A stretch of DNA of 56,796 nucleotides from an uncultured Deferribacteres bacterium (GCA_964014485.1 CAXHAT010000020.1:1-56796); one strand, 5' to 3'. Counted from the first letter of the stretch, positions 18,075 to 28,598 are shown. Numbers and translations are program-made. The notes: generated by a model not told the origin, from the letters alone.

Positions 18075-18130
18075 AAAATAGTCAGTTGTTTTGCGACGGA
18101 ATGATTACACGGCGAAGAAAATACAAAGAA

Positions 18131-19168
18131 TCAAAAACCCAACGAGAATCCGATTTGGTGAATGCCTTGCAAATGTTGGAAATCCGCATAGGCGTAGTCG
18201 AAGCGGAGCAGCATATTGCCTGCGTTATATTTTAGCCCGACGCCCGCCGTGTAGGAAGCTTCGTTGTCTTCTAAAAACAGATTCTGATAGCCGCCGCGCA
18301 GAAAAAAGCTCTCCTTCAAAAGCGCCAATTCCCCGCCTATACTCACGCTCTCGGAATTGTTATTCGGATGCATGCCGTCTACTTCAATGGTCAAACGGGA
18401 ATTTTCCGATTTCATCGCGTCATAAGCAACACCAAAACGCAAGTTGAGCGGCAGGTCGAAACTCTCCGTCGTCAGGAGCGCGTTTGTGCTGTTGTTGTTA
18501 CCGGCGTGTATCGGATCGATGTCGTGCTGCACCAAAAGATCATCACCGGAAATCTTCATTTTTGTGCCGAAATTGGAAATGCTAACGCCGAGCCGAACGC
18601 CGTCGAAGGGCGTGGTGAAAATCGTGCCGAGATCGATGGCCAAGCCCGTCGCACTGGAATTCCAGATTTTCTCCTGCACATATTTAAACGTACCGCCGAT
18701 GGCGAATTTATCCGTAAGACTCCGGCCGTATCCGAATGCCAGTGCAAAGCTGCCCGCGTCGAATTGAGCCCCGCTTAGACCTTCCGGATCATCGACCGTG
18801 GTAATCAACATTTCGCCCATATTCAGCGAAATTACATTCACCGAGAACGTCCCAAGGCCCGGAGCCGGATAGACAAAGCCGACGTACTCAAGATTAACGT
18901 CGGCGAAATACTCCGAGTGCATAATATAAAGCTGAGACTGTGAAAGCTCGCCAAGCATGCCCGGATTGAGGTAGCCCGAGCTCGCATCTCCCGCCACGGC
19001 CACGCTCGCCCCGCCCATCGCCAACGTCCTTCCGCCAATCGGAATTTGCAGAAACGCCGCCGCGGTCGTGCCGGATTTCGTCACCGTCTCTTGCGCCGAC
19101 AAATTTGCGCTCGCGAGCAACAATGATCCGACGAAGATCGTTTTTATGAATGAGTCCCTTTTGAACAT
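18131..19168 (-). CDS. PorV/PorQ (UPF0164) family outer-membrane beta-barrel
   Basis: Signal peptide; GTTAAAFLQIPIGGRTLAMGGA; NP motif; C-terminal aromatic beta-strand ending in F. Confidence 0.88.
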   Translation of the reverse strand: MFKRDSFIKTIFVGSLLLASANLSAQETVTKSGTTAAAFLQIPIGGRTLAMGGASVAVAGDASSGYLNPGMLGELSQSQLYIMHSEYFADVNLEYVGFVYPAPGLGTFSVNVISLNMGEMLITTVDDPEGLSGAQFDAGSFALAFGYGRSLTDKFAIGGTFKYVQEKIWNSSATGLAIDLGTIFTTPFDGVRLGVSISNFGTKMKISGDDLLVQHDIDPIHAGNNNSTNALLTTESFDLPLNLRFGVAYDAMKSENSRLTIEVDGMHPNNNSESVSIGGELALLKESFFLRGGYQNLFLEDNEASYTAGVGLKYNAGNMLLRFDYAYADFQHLQGIHQIGFSLGF

Positions 19169-19184
19169 TTCAGGCTCCAGACTT

Positions 19185-19280
19185 CTGTAAACCGTAAGCA
19201 GTAAACTGTAAACCGAAAAATACTCGGCAACAGATTACAGCTTGCGGCTTACTGTTTACAGTTCACTGCTCACAGATTAC
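19185..19280. repeat. Inverted pair of heptamer tandem-repeat arrays
   Basis: CTGTAAA CCGTAAG CAGTAAA CTGTAAA ... CAGATTA CAGCTTG CGGCTTA CTGTTTA CAGTTCA CTGCTCA CAGATTA. Confidence 0.8.
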
Positions 19281-22200
19281 TTGATAATCGCAAACTTCCC
19301 GGTCTTCTCACCAATCCCCGGCGCATCGATGTGGTAGACATAGACGCCGTAGGAGACGGTCAAATTGTCTTTCGAAAGCAAATCCCACGCGACCGAGCCG
19401 TCACCGACCGGATTGTCGACGTTAAGCTGCCGGATCAATTCGCCCGCCAAATTGAAAATGCGAATCGTGCATTGCGCTGGCAAGTGGTTGAAGCGAATTA
19501 CGCGCGGTCCGCGCCCGGTATTGAACGGATTGCGCGGCTCCCAACTGGCTGCTGCGACATAAGGATTGGGTACAACGCGAATTCGGTCCAACTCTTCCGC
19601 CGCCATTGCTTTGTCAGCGCGTTCGCCGATGGTGGTGAATTCAAAAATATCGCCCAGTCCGCTGCGGTAGCCGAGAAACGGCTTTTCCGTAAACAACGCC
19701 AGCGTGTCTCCGGCCGTCGGATTGCGACGGCCTTCAAAAAACGTCTGTCCAAAGGTCGCCAGCCAGGTTGGGACTTCTTCGCCGCGCACCTCTTCGAGAA
19801 AAACAATGATGTCGCGGCTGCGGCGCGTCCGCGTAAACATCGCTGATTCCGGCGTGCTCCCCGTCCTGTCGCCGTCCACAAAAGCGAAGTCGATGAATTG
19901 CTTTCGCGTTGTGTTGTAAATCGAGAAATTCACCGGCAGCGCTTGAAAATTGATGCCGCCTGCGTTGATTGCGCGCGAGCTGTCTGCGCCCGGCGACCCC
20001 ATAATAATTTGATAATCAAACGGCGTTTTCGTGCCTTGTGAAAATCCGGAACGGAACACGAACATATCACCGGGATGAATTTCATCATCGGCTTGCGTCC
20101 AGCTCAGGCGCGCATAGTCCGGTGCAACTTGCGGCACGTTGGCGAAGGAAAGGTGGAAGCCGTCAACCACATTTTTGTCGGTGAGCGCTGTCTCCAAGTT
20201 GCCTTCGGAAATCAATTTTTCGCTGTTCGGGAAAATCGATTCTTCCAAAAGCGTCACAAGTTGCGGATCGTCCGATTCTAGTCCGCGCAATTGATCGAGA
20301 TCGCCGTACGCACCCGCTCCAACTCTCCACAAATTGTAATCCTTTGTCCGCACCGTATCTTCACGCCCCGGTGTAACTATGGTCGTGTCGTTAAAAGTCA
20401 CCAGGTAGCGCTGCCCGTCGCTGATCGACAGCCGATCCACCAGATGATAATTTACCGCCGAAGCTGAACTGCCCTGAATATGCTCCAAACCGTTCGCCAA
20501 ATCCGGCGCTTCATAGCCGGCGGCGGGAGCGTTCGGCGTAACAATCGCGACGTTTTGGCCAACGGTGAAATTGCCGATTTCATCAAACGTGAGCGTAAAC
20601 GGGCTTTCCGAAGGAAAAATCCCCTTGTTCGGTTCAACCCGGTCGACGAGACCGTAATCGTAAGCCGTGATCACATAAAAATACTGCTGGCCGTTGACAA
20701 CGTTCGTGTCAACCCAGCTATGCGTCAGACCGGTGTTTCTGCCAAGATCGAAATGCACGCCGTTGACGTCAACCGGGTGCAAGCCGCTGAATTGATTGTC
20801 GATGTCGAATTGCACCACCGGCTTGCGCAACGTAACCACGCCTTGGGCGTCCGTGACGACGAACGGATCGATCAGGCCGGGGTCGGTGGATTTGTAAATC
20901 CGGTAGCCTTCAAAATCGTTTGCGGAAAAATCGCCTTGATACGGGCTGGTCGGGTCAAACAAGAGCCGGGCGAGAAAACGGTCGAAAGATTTTTCCGCCT
21001 CCACGTCCCAATAAAGCGTCACCTTGCCGTCGCCGGCTACAGCCTTCAATGCCGGCGGGTCCGGCGCGGAGGCGAATTGGTAATCCGTGTCGTAAGTCAC
21101 CTGCGCCGCATCGCGATTTAACAGGGCGTCGGTGGTGTCGACGCCTAACGCAACGGCCATCGAAATACGCTCGGTTTGGCCCGGCGCAATCGGGAACAGA
21201 CCGGAGCCAACAAACAAATTGAAATCGCCGCTGACGGCGCCGCCGTCATAAAAATCCCCAGGGGTGACGAACGCGCGGAAAAAGCCGTTGTCGCTGCTAT
21301 AAGCCGCGTTGAGACTTCCCGAAGATTGGTATTGCACGTTGTTCAAACCAATCTGGTCCGACTCGGAAATGTCCGTTTTGTCGATATTCGGCTCTCCAGG
21401 CAATCCCGTGCCCGCGCCGGAAGTCGGTCTGCCGTCGCCTTCGCCGAAATCGCCGGTGCCGGGCAGGCCGTCAAGTCCCACGTCGTCGATAAGCACGTTC
21501 CAGTCGCCGTCATTATCCACGCCGTCGTCGCGCTCTTCGTCGATCATTTCATCAATGCCTTCGTCGATCACGCCGTCGTTATTGTTGTCGATCCCGTCTG
21601 CGTAGGCGCGCCCCACGTCTTGCCCGGTTTCGTCGCGCAGGCCGTTGCCGTTGTCGTCGCGGCCGTTGCCTGCAATCTCGCCGGTAATCATATCCGCCGT
21701 TACCGTTGGACTGCCCGGCTCGCCGTCGCCGTCATTGTCTATGCCGTCCGCGACAAAGTTACCCGGGTTGGAGCCGGAAGGCGTGATAAAAGGAATGTGT
21801 GTGCGGTTTTCGTCGATCAAGCCATTGCCGTTGTCGTCAATGCCGTTATCCGCCAGCTCGCCGTTCAACCATTGCTCCTGCACCACCGGGCTGCCTTCTT
21901 CGCCATCGTTATCGTTATCGATGCCGTCTTTTGCATTGCCTGGCGTTTCCAAAAAAGAAGTCGCGACCACGCCGACCGGCGTACTGCCAAAATCTGCGTT
22001 GCCAATGCCGTCGGCGTCCGTCGACCAAGCCACATCGTTGACCAGGTCGTAGAAAGCGATGTCGTCACTGGTGTCGCCGTCGCCGCCAACCAGGTCAGCG
22101 AGAATGATGTTGACGCCGGCGCGCTGAATGTCGAACGAGCCGTCGTTTTGCATAAAATGCAGAATGAAAACCACATCCTGGATGAGCACCTGGCTCCATT

Positions 22201-22840
22201 GCATGATTCGAAACTCGGTCAACATGCCGATGCCGCGCCGCGTGGGATCGTTAACGGCGGGTTGGTATTCAAAGCGGTCGTAAAGATCGTCGCCGGTTTT
22301 GAAAACAAGTTCCTGGTCGGCGTTAAAAGCGTTTTTGCCGAACAACGCGCTGAAGCTGCCCGCCCAACCCGGATCGGTCTCATCGCCCAGTTTGTCCGGC
22401 CAAAACGGCGGCCAGGAATTTTTGTCGAGGCGGTTGGCGATTTTCGAAGTCCCGCCGGCGGAAGGGTTGGTGTAGCCCGAAATCGGCATCAATTCCCAAT
22501 TTTTGCTTCCATCCGGTGCGCTGCGTGAGAGCGTTGGCATCATTAGGCGCAACGGATTACCGTTAAAATTCACCTCGGCGCCATAAGAAAATCCAGTGAG
22601 CGCAAGATAGCGCTGGCGTGTGTTTTTCGGCCATTCGTAAGGAATTTGGCGCGGATTCGAAGTTTCTCGTCCGGTCAAACCGTAGTTAAAAACGGAAGTG
22701 CGAATCAAATTCGCATCAATGTCCGTCTGCCGAATTTCCTCAAACTTGACCCGCTCGTTGGAAGGCGTGTGCTGCGCGCCCAAACTCACGGTCAAAAGGA
22801 AAATCAGAAGCGTCGTTACTGAAAATACTCGTTTTTGCAT
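19277..22840 (-). CDS. Large secreted protein with DxDxDG repeats, an FN3-like module and a T9SS-like C-terminal domain
   Basis: Signal peptide; DGIDNDxDG repeats; AGDGKVTLYWD..FEGYRIYKS..NGQQYFYVITAYD; IRVVPNPY...YGVYVYHI..KFAIIK. Confidence 0.8.
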   Translation of the reverse strand: MQKRVFSVTTLLIFLLTVSLGAQHTPSNERVKFEEIRQTDIDANLIRTSVFNYGLTGRETSNPRQIPYEWPKNTRQRYLALTGFSYGAEVNFNGNPLRLMMPTLSRSAPDGSKNWELMPISGYTNPSAGGTSKIANRLDKNSWPPFWPDKLGDETDPGWAGSFSALFGKNAFNADQELVFKTGDDLYDRFEYQPAVNDPTRRGIGMLTEFRIMQWSQVLIQDVVFILHFMQNDGSFDIQRAGVNIILADLVGGDGDTSDDIAFYDLVNDVAWSTDADGIGNADFGSTPVGVVATSFLETPGNAKDGIDNDNDGEEGSPVVQEQWLNGELADNGIDDNGNGLIDENRTHIPFITPSGSNPGNFVADGIDNDGDGEPGSPTVTADMITGEIAGNGRDDNGNGLRDETGQDVGRAYADGIDNNNDGVIDEGIDEMIDEERDDGVDNDGDWNVLIDDVGLDGLPGTGDFGEGDGRPTSGAGTGLPGEPNIDKTDISESDQIGLNNVQYQSSGSLNAAYSSDNGFFRAFVTPGDFYDGGAVSGDFNLFVGSGLFPIAPGQTERISMAVALGVDTTDALLNRDAAQVTYDTDYQFASAPDPPALKAVAGDGKVTLYWDVEAEKSFDRFLARLLFDPTSPYQGDFSANDFEGYRIYKSTDPGLIDPFVVTDAQGVVTLRKPVVQFDIDNQFSGLHPVDVNGVHFDLGRNTGLTHSWVDTNVVNGQQYFYVITAYDYGLVDRVEPNKGIFPSESPFTLTFDEIGNFTVGQNVAIVTPNAPAAGYEAPDLANGLEHIQGSSASAVNYHLVDRLSISDGQRYLVTFNDTTIVTPGREDTVRTKDYNLWRVGAGAYGDLDQLRGLESDDPQLVTLLEESIFPNSEKLISEGNLETALTDKNVVDGFHLSFANVPQVAPDYARLSWTQADDEIHPGDMFVFRSGFSQGTKTPFDYQIIMGSPGADSSRAINAGGINFQALPVNFSIYNTTRKQFIDFAFVDGDRTGSTPESAMFTRTRRSRDIIVFLEEVRGEEVPTWLATFGQTFFEGRRNPTAGDTLALFTEKPFLGYRSGLGDIFEFTTIGERADKAMAAEELDRIRVVPNPYVAAASWEPRNPFNTGRGPRVIRFNHLPAQCTIRIFNLAGELIRQLNVDNPVGDGSVAWDLLSKDNLTVSYGVYVYHIDAPGIGEKTGKFAIIK

Positions 22841-22912
22841 ATTTTTTCTGGTTCTATTGGGTGTTTTCGTAAATCGCCTTTACAAAACAGTTCGTAGTTC
22901 CAACACTCAAAA

Positions 22913-23060
22913 AATCAGATCGCGCCGGATTTCTAATCCGGTGCGCGCAATGACTTCGGGCTTCCAACCCCAACGCCGCTGCTCAAATCAAAGGTGGTTT
23001 GGGACTGGAAGTCCTTGGGCAATTTCCGTTCAGGATTGGAAATCCTGAACGATCTGTTTT
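22913..23060. repeat. REP-doublet/MITE-like inverted element
   Basis: AAATCAGATCG...CGATCTGTTTT ends; hairpins CGCCGGATTTCTAATCCGGTG and GTTCAGGATTGGAAATCCTGAAC. Confidence 0.6.
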
Positions 23061-23082
23061 CCCAAAATCCATCACTCTACCT

Positions 23083-25863
23083 TCAAAACCCAATCCTCAA
23101 ACCAACCTGAATCTCTCTCGGCTCGGAAAACCGCCACGGCTGGCGCAAAAATTCTTCGGCGGAGTTGTTGACGATAGTCGCGTTTTCGATTTGCGCGAAA
23201 GTGCTCGAGGTCGTGGCGCGACCGGAGTCGGTGTAAATGTGCAATTCGTTCAGGCGGTCGAAGAGATTGTAAACGTTCAGCGTCAACTGATAGTCGAACG
23301 GCCCGGCTTTAAAGGATTTCGACATGCGCAGATCGAAATTGAGAAATGACGGGCGCACGCGGCTATTGCGGGTAAAATTGAGCACCGTGTTTTGTCCGAC
23401 GCGCGAGGCCACAACCGTTGTCGGCGTGTAAGGCTGGCCGGAACGAAATTGCGTGATAAGGCTGGCGCCGTAGCCGCTCTTGAGGAAAGTCAATACACCG
23501 TTGAACAAGTGGCGCTGATCCCAATCGAGGGGCACGATGAAGCGCGTCGGCTCGCCGCCGTTTTGGATCGCGCCAAATTCTTCGCCGGGATCGGAGTTGC
23601 TGCCCTCGGCCACCTGGTAGGTGTAATCAAACGAATAATTGAAGGTCGAAGAGCGCGTCTGGCCGATTGCCAGCGTGACGCCGCGCACGTTGGCGTAGTC
23701 TTCGTTCACATACGTAAAATACGTGCGATTGCCAATGATCTGCCCGCCCGTGCCGACGGTTTCGATCTCGCTTCCGCTGCCCACCCAGTCGCGGATGTCG
23801 CGATAAAACGCCGTCAATTCAAAACCAATGTTCGCGCCGACTTGTTGTTTCAGGCCAAGCTCGTACATCACGGTTTTTTGCGGGTTCAGGTTCGAGTTGC
23901 CGTAAATGCCAAAACGTCCGGTGGCTTCCGGCACTTTGAAGCCGGGATTTTGATAGAGAAAATCGAAGTTGGGGATTTGCAAAAAGTGGCCGTAGGCAAA
24001 ATGGATGGCGCCGCGGTCGGTGATCGGATAAGAAATGCCGAAACGCGGGCTAAGTTGGACTTTCGCTTCCGGACTGGTGTACCACGAAGCGAGCCGTTGA
24101 TCCAGCGACAGCGCTTGATACTGATCGTTGAGCGGGTTGAAGACGTTGGGATCGGACGGGTCGGCCAAGAGTAGACCGCGAGAATCGAAATAATCGAAGC
24201 GCAGCCCCCCGTTGATGATTACATTTTCATACTCGATCTTGTCTTGCACATATGCCGAAATTTCGATGGGGTTGAAAGTATATTTGTTGTTGTTCGAAGT
24301 CGATTCATCAGGAATGGCAGGTTGATAAGGCACAACTTCAGCGCCCGTTGCGTCTCGCGCCGGAATTGGATTGATGGCGTGTTCGAAAAGTTCATGACGC
24401 TTGTACTCTGCGCCGAACTTGAGCTGATGCACCAGCGTCGCCTGCCAGGTGAGGTCGAACTTTGCCAAATCGCTCGTGGTGTTACGGCGGTAATTGTTCT
24501 GCTGCGTGCCGGAATTATTCAAATTGAATGAACCTTCAACAAGCGAATCCGGGTGCAGGTAGCGCGAATCAGCCGGGTCTTCAAAAAGATAATTTTCGAA
24601 CTGTTTGTAGAAACGCGACAGGCTGAAATTGTAGAATGCCTTCGAGCTGATGGTTTGGGTCCATTGAAAATTTGCGCTGTAGCCGTCGTCGAAATTGGTT
24701 TTGCGCGCGTCAGGCAGCCAGCGATAACCGTCTTCGTAATTTTGGTGCTCTTCGGTATTGCCGAGAAAGCCGAGTTTGACCTTGATTTTGGGCGAAAGCT
24801 GGTAAGCCAAACGCAATTGCCCGGAAAGGACGTCCGCGGTGTTCATCGAAACGATTTCACCATCGACGGGATTTTTGTTCTCGTCAAAAACGCCGAGGGT
24901 GTCGCCGAAAACGTTGAACATGCGGCGACCGTTGAGATGGCCGTCTTCTCGGAAACGGCGGACGGTGGCGAAAAAGGTCATTTTTTTTCTGGTGAGCGGC
25001 ACCGGCCCGCTGAGCGTGAATTGCGTGTTATGAAAGCTCAGAGGATCAATGTCATCGACGCCCAGAAACAAGTCGTCGCGGCTGCTGAGATTGTCGCCTG
25101 AATAAAAGTTCACGCTGCCGTGGTAACTGTCGCCGCCGTCTTTGGTAACGACGTTGACGATGCCGGACATGGCGTTGCCGTACTCTGCGTTAAAGGTACC
25201 GCTGATCACTTGCAACTCCTGCACGGATTCGTTTTCAACGCGCACGGCGGAGGAATTGTTGAACGCGTCGGTCACGGAAAGGCCGTCGACGTAGTACTGG
25301 ACTTCACTGGAACGCCCGCCGCGAATATGGATGGCGCCGTTCACGTCCACTGAAACGCCCGCCTGCAACTGCACGACGTCGGCGAGGTTTTGCACCGGCA
25401 ATTTTTCAATCGTCTCACTGCTAACATGCGCTTCGGATGAGGTCAAATCCTTCTGCACGACCGGGCGAACGGCGGTGACGTAGACTTCTTCGCCCTGAAT
25501 CGTTTCTTCTTCTAAAGTGAAATCGAGTTTTTTGGTCAAATCAATCGAAACGACAACGTCGGTGACGACCACGGTTTTGTAGCCGATGAAAGTAGCGCGT
25601 ACGGCGTAGCGCCCCGGAGGGACATTGAGAATGACGTAATTGCCGTTTGCGTCCGAAGCGGCCCCGCGCGGTACGCTGATCCGTTCTTGCTCTCCGTTGC
25701 GCATCGTGGCAAAAACGATAACGTTGGCGCCGGGAAGCCCTTCGCCGGAAACCCCGTCAGTAATTTTGCCTGCTATTTTCCCGGTTGTGCCGGAAAATGC
25801 GATCGGAGCAAGACACGCCAACAGGCTCAAAATCAATGTTAATTTCAAATATATTTTGCGCAT
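23083..25863 (-). CDS. TonB-dependent receptor with carboxypeptidase-regulatory-like N-terminal domain
   Basis: GTTGKIAGKITD; HIRGGRSSE plug; SGTFNAEYGNAMSGIVNVVTKDG; C-terminal PREIQVGLRIGF; GGAGG RBS. Confidence 0.93.
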   Translation of the reverse strand: MRKIYLKLTLILSLLACLAPIAFSGTTGKIAGKITDGVSGEGLPGANVIVFATMRNGEQERISVPRGAASDANGNYVILNVPPGRYAVRATFIGYKTVVVTDVVVSIDLTKKLDFTLEEETIQGEEVYVTAVRPVVQKDLTSSEAHVSSETIEKLPVQNLADVVQLQAGVSVDVNGAIHIRGGRSSEVQYYVDGLSVTDAFNNSSAVRVENESVQELQVISGTFNAEYGNAMSGIVNVVTKDGGDSYHGSVNFYSGDNLSSRDDLFLGVDDIDPLSFHNTQFTLSGPVPLTRKKMTFFATVRRFREDGHLNGRRMFNVFGDTLGVFDENKNPVDGEIVSMNTADVLSGQLRLAYQLSPKIKVKLGFLGNTEEHQNYEDGYRWLPDARKTNFDDGYSANFQWTQTISSKAFYNFSLSRFYKQFENYLFEDPADSRYLHPDSLVEGSFNLNNSGTQQNNYRRNTTSDLAKFDLTWQATLVHQLKFGAEYKRHELFEHAINPIPARDATGAEVVPYQPAIPDESTSNNNKYTFNPIEISAYVQDKIEYENVIINGGLRFDYFDSRGLLLADPSDPNVFNPLNDQYQALSLDQRLASWYTSPEAKVQLSPRFGISYPITDRGAIHFAYGHFLQIPNFDFLYQNPGFKVPEATGRFGIYGNSNLNPQKTVMYELGLKQQVGANIGFELTAFYRDIRDWVGSGSEIETVGTGGQIIGNRTYFTYVNEDYANVRGVTLAIGQTRSSTFNYSFDYTYQVAEGSNSDPGEEFGAIQNGGEPTRFIVPLDWDQRHLFNGVLTFLKSGYGASLITQFRSGQPYTPTTVVASRVGQNTVLNFTRNSRVRPSFLNFDLRMSKSFKAGPFDYQLTLNVYNLFDRLNELHIYTDSGRATTSSTFAQIENATIVNNSAEEFLRQPWRFSEPREIQVGLRIGF

Positions 25864-26068
25864 ATGAAAACCTCCGTTATCCGCGCGCTTGTTGGCCGTT
25901 AAAGTAAAATTTCAGTAATAAATATACTGCTAAATTCGGGCTTGGGAACGCGTCAAAAAAGCATCGCCTGTCATTCAGAATGAGTCTCTCTTGCCTGCAA
26001 ACGACAAGTAGAAAAATAGACTCTGCCTAAATGCCAGGCAGGGTTGTTGTGGAAAAGGCGGGCGCCGT

Positions 26069-27766
26069 TTAATTTGCGATTCTCAACGGCGATTTGAGGC
26101 TTTGTAATTTGTTGTGGTCAAAAGTGATTTTACGCTCTTTTTTCCACGCGTCGATCCGCCGTTTCAACACGTCCATATGGGAATAAAAAACGAGAGATTC
26201 AATGATTTCCGAACGGGCTTCTTCGTAAGGTTTTTGCCGCTCCGGACGCTCGTCAATTTTCTGCATTAAGATAAAACGATCACCAGTCTGAAACGGCCCG
26301 CCAATCTCATTTTTTTTCAATCCAAACACGCTTTCGCCGATTCCTCCGAGGTCGCCTTTTCGCACAAAGCCAATCTCTCCGCCCTTATTGCGCGTCCATT
26401 CGCGCAATGAATTTTTCCGTGCCAGATCGCCGAAATCCGCACCGTTTTTAAGCAGAGCCAAGAGTGAGTCCGCCTCTCTTTTTGTCGCGACGGTAATTTC
26501 ACGAACGTTGACCATTTTCGGGAAAACGTACTGTTGCGGGTTCGATTGGTACGCTGCGCGGATTGAGTCTTCCGGTACGCGCACCGTGTCCGTCACCATC
26601 TTTCGCATTTTTTGCACGAGAAACCTTTCCGTGCGCCGCCGGATTTTGGCTTGCACGCTCGGCTCGCCATCCAGTCCGCGCGCTTCAGCTTCTTCGATTA
26701 AACGCGCGCGAATCGCTAATCCGTTGACAAATTCAACCAACGCTTCTTTCGTGCGAATCGCGCGCCTTTGCCGTTCCGAAGAGCGTTGCGCTTTTTCAAT
26801 GAAATCTCGAATTGTCCAAGTCTGGCCTTCCATTGAAACGAGATTGTGATTCAAAAACGCTGCATCGAATTTTTCAGGATCAATGGCGGCGAGTTGGAAT
26901 GTTGCGGAGCGTGAGTCCTGCATTTTTTGCCAGAGAAAATCGAGGGTTTCTGAAACATAGCGCGGATTAAGTTCCGCCAGTTTTTGCTTGCCGTAATCAC
27001 GCAGCATCTGCGCCCGTACACGATGTCGTTGCTGCCAATGCAATTTGTCTTTTTGCTTGGCAAATTCCGACTCGAGCAATATCGGATTGCGAAAGCGCTG
27101 TTCCAGCTTGATGATGCTGTAGCCGTAACGCGTTTTCACGGGCCGCGAAATCTCGCCGGTTTTGAGATTTTGCGCCGCTGCCGCGAACATTTGATCCATG
27201 TCGTCCCATTCAAAAAATCCCAAATCGCCGCCGGACTCGGACAGTTTTGGATCGCGAAAAACTTCCTTTGCCAGCGTTTCGAAGGGCTCGCCGTTTTGTA
27301 GACGCTCGTAAAGCGTCTCGGCTTCGGCTTTTGTCGGCGCGAACAAGTGCCGTGCGCGCGCCTTTTCTTGGCCTAGCGCAAAAGCTTGCAAAACGTCGTC
27401 GTTCGTCACCGCGCCCGCCGTGTCGGCAATCACATTTTGATAAGCGTCGAGCATTTCGTCGATGCGCACGCGCTCGGCGTATTCAAGATATTCGCGGCTT
27501 TGCGTCACGCCCTGATCCTGCGCTTCGAGCACCAGCGTTTGCTCGTCGATCATATTGCGCAACAGCGCCTGACGCACGTGCGGCTCATCTATTGGCGTCA
27601 GCATCGTGAATTCACGAAAACGCTGCGCAAATTCGCCTTCGGTGATGATTTGGTCATCGACTTGCGCGAGTATGATGCGCTCGTTTTCGCCGGAATCGCA
27701 GGCCGCGAAAAGCCAAATCGCGAGCATTGCGGCAAGTGGTTTTGTTGTCAGAATGATTTTAGTCAA
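26069..27766 (-). CDS. Lipoprotein peptidyl-prolyl isomerase with two parvulin/PpiC domains
   Basis: LFAAC lipobox; GGDLGFF and GGEIGFV rotamase motifs. Confidence 0.88.
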   Translation of the reverse strand: MTKIILTTKPLAAMLAIWLFAACDSGENERIILAQVDDQIITEGEFAQRFREFTMLTPIDEPHVRQALLRNMIDEQTLVLEAQDQGVTQSREYLEYAERVRIDEMLDAYQNVIADTAGAVTNDDVLQAFALGQEKARARHLFAPTKAEAETLYERLQNGEPFETLAKEVFRDPKLSESGGDLGFFEWDDMDQMFAAAAQNLKTGEISRPVKTRYGYSIIKLEQRFRNPILLESEFAKQKDKLHWQQRHRVRAQMLRDYGKQKLAELNPRYVSETLDFLWQKMQDSRSATFQLAAIDPEKFDAAFLNHNLVSMEGQTWTIRDFIEKAQRSSERQRRAIRTKEALVEFVNGLAIRARLIEEAEARGLDGEPSVQAKIRRRTERFLVQKMRKMVTDTVRVPEDSIRAAYQSNPQQYVFPKMVNVREITVATKREADSLLALLKNGADFGDLARKNSLREWTRNKGGEIGFVRKGDLGGIGESVFGLKKNEIGGPFQTGDRFILMQKIDERPERQKPYEEARSEIIESLVFYSHMDVLKRRIDAWKKERKITFDHNKLQSLKSPLRIAN

Positions 27767-27791
27767 AATGATAAAAAGGGTGAAAATTGAC

Positions 27792-27980
27792 CTACTTTCT
27801 GAAGTACTTCATAATAACCACCGCCGTGATTCCGCCCGCAACGCCGCCGGTCACGCCGGGATAGGCTTCGCCGAGCAACAAATTTTGCACTGCGACGGTG
27901 ACCACCGCTGAGACGATTGCAACAGCCAAAGCAATCGCGATGATTTTTCCCCAAGATGTTTGGTTTGTAGCTTCCGCCAT
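27792..27980 (-). CDS. Small two-TM membrane protein
   Basis: GGAGG RBS; two hydrophobic helices. Confidence 0.65.
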   Translation of the reverse strand: MAEATNQTSWGKIIAIALAVAIVSAVVTVAVQNLLLGEAYPGVTGGVAGGITAVVIMKYFRK

Positions 27981-28004
27981 AGCAATCCTCCAATTTACGA
28001 TTTC

Positions 28005-28598
28005 TTATTCAATTTCAGAATTTGGGTTATTTTTATCGAGATGTTGTTTAATTGTCTCGTCTAACCGACTTTTATATTGATCTGTGACGATCCAACCAAA
28101 CAATATGGCAAAAACGAAAACTGTAGTAGAGCAAATCAGACCGCCCGTTTGAGATTCGGTAGAACCAGTAAAACCGATGTTCGCTGTATAGGCCCAAGTC
28201 GCTAAAACTGTTGAATAGATGATCAAAGAAGCGCCGCGAACGCCGACTATCCCTTTGAGCGCGCTGGGCAGCTTGATATTAAAAGCGCCAAACCCGGCAA
28301 GCTCTTTCGGTATCATACTTTTTTCGAGAATCTTCGCACAGGATATCAATCCAGCGCAGTTTTGAATGCCGCGAAGCTCATAAAAATACAACCCGAGAGT
28401 AATCATGGCGCCAAAGACGCCGATTGGAAATAGAAGATGAATATTTTCCGCCGCGAAATTTTTATTGCCTATCAAGACGAAAACACTGGCACCTGAAGCC
28501 AGCGGAAACAATGCTAAAAGTTTTGCCCTGAATTCGGCTATGCCATTGTGGGTGCGGCATATCTCTTCGTACAAAGTTTTTAAATGATCTGACACCAA
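28005..28598 (-). CDS. Hypothetical four-TM membrane protein
   Basis: 197-aa ORF with hydrophobic segments; visibly AT-richer than its neighbours. Confidence 0.6.
   Translation of the reverse strand: MVSDHLKTLYEEICRTHNGIAEFRAKLLALFPLASGASVFVLIGNKNFAAENIHLLFPIGVFGAMITLGLYFYELRGIQNCAGLISCAKILEKSMIPKELAGFGAFNIKLPSALKGIVGVRGASLIIYSTVLATWAYTANIGFTGSTESQTGGLICSTTVFVFAILFGWIVTDQYKSRLDETIKQHLDKNNPNSEIE

Noticed and set aside
21176..22528. 450-aa plus-strand ORF and other long antisense ORFs (23392..24174, 29415..30434, 31891..32784, 35726..36562, 55542..56417)
   Set aside because: They are shadow frames opposite well-supported genes and have no recognisable motifs.
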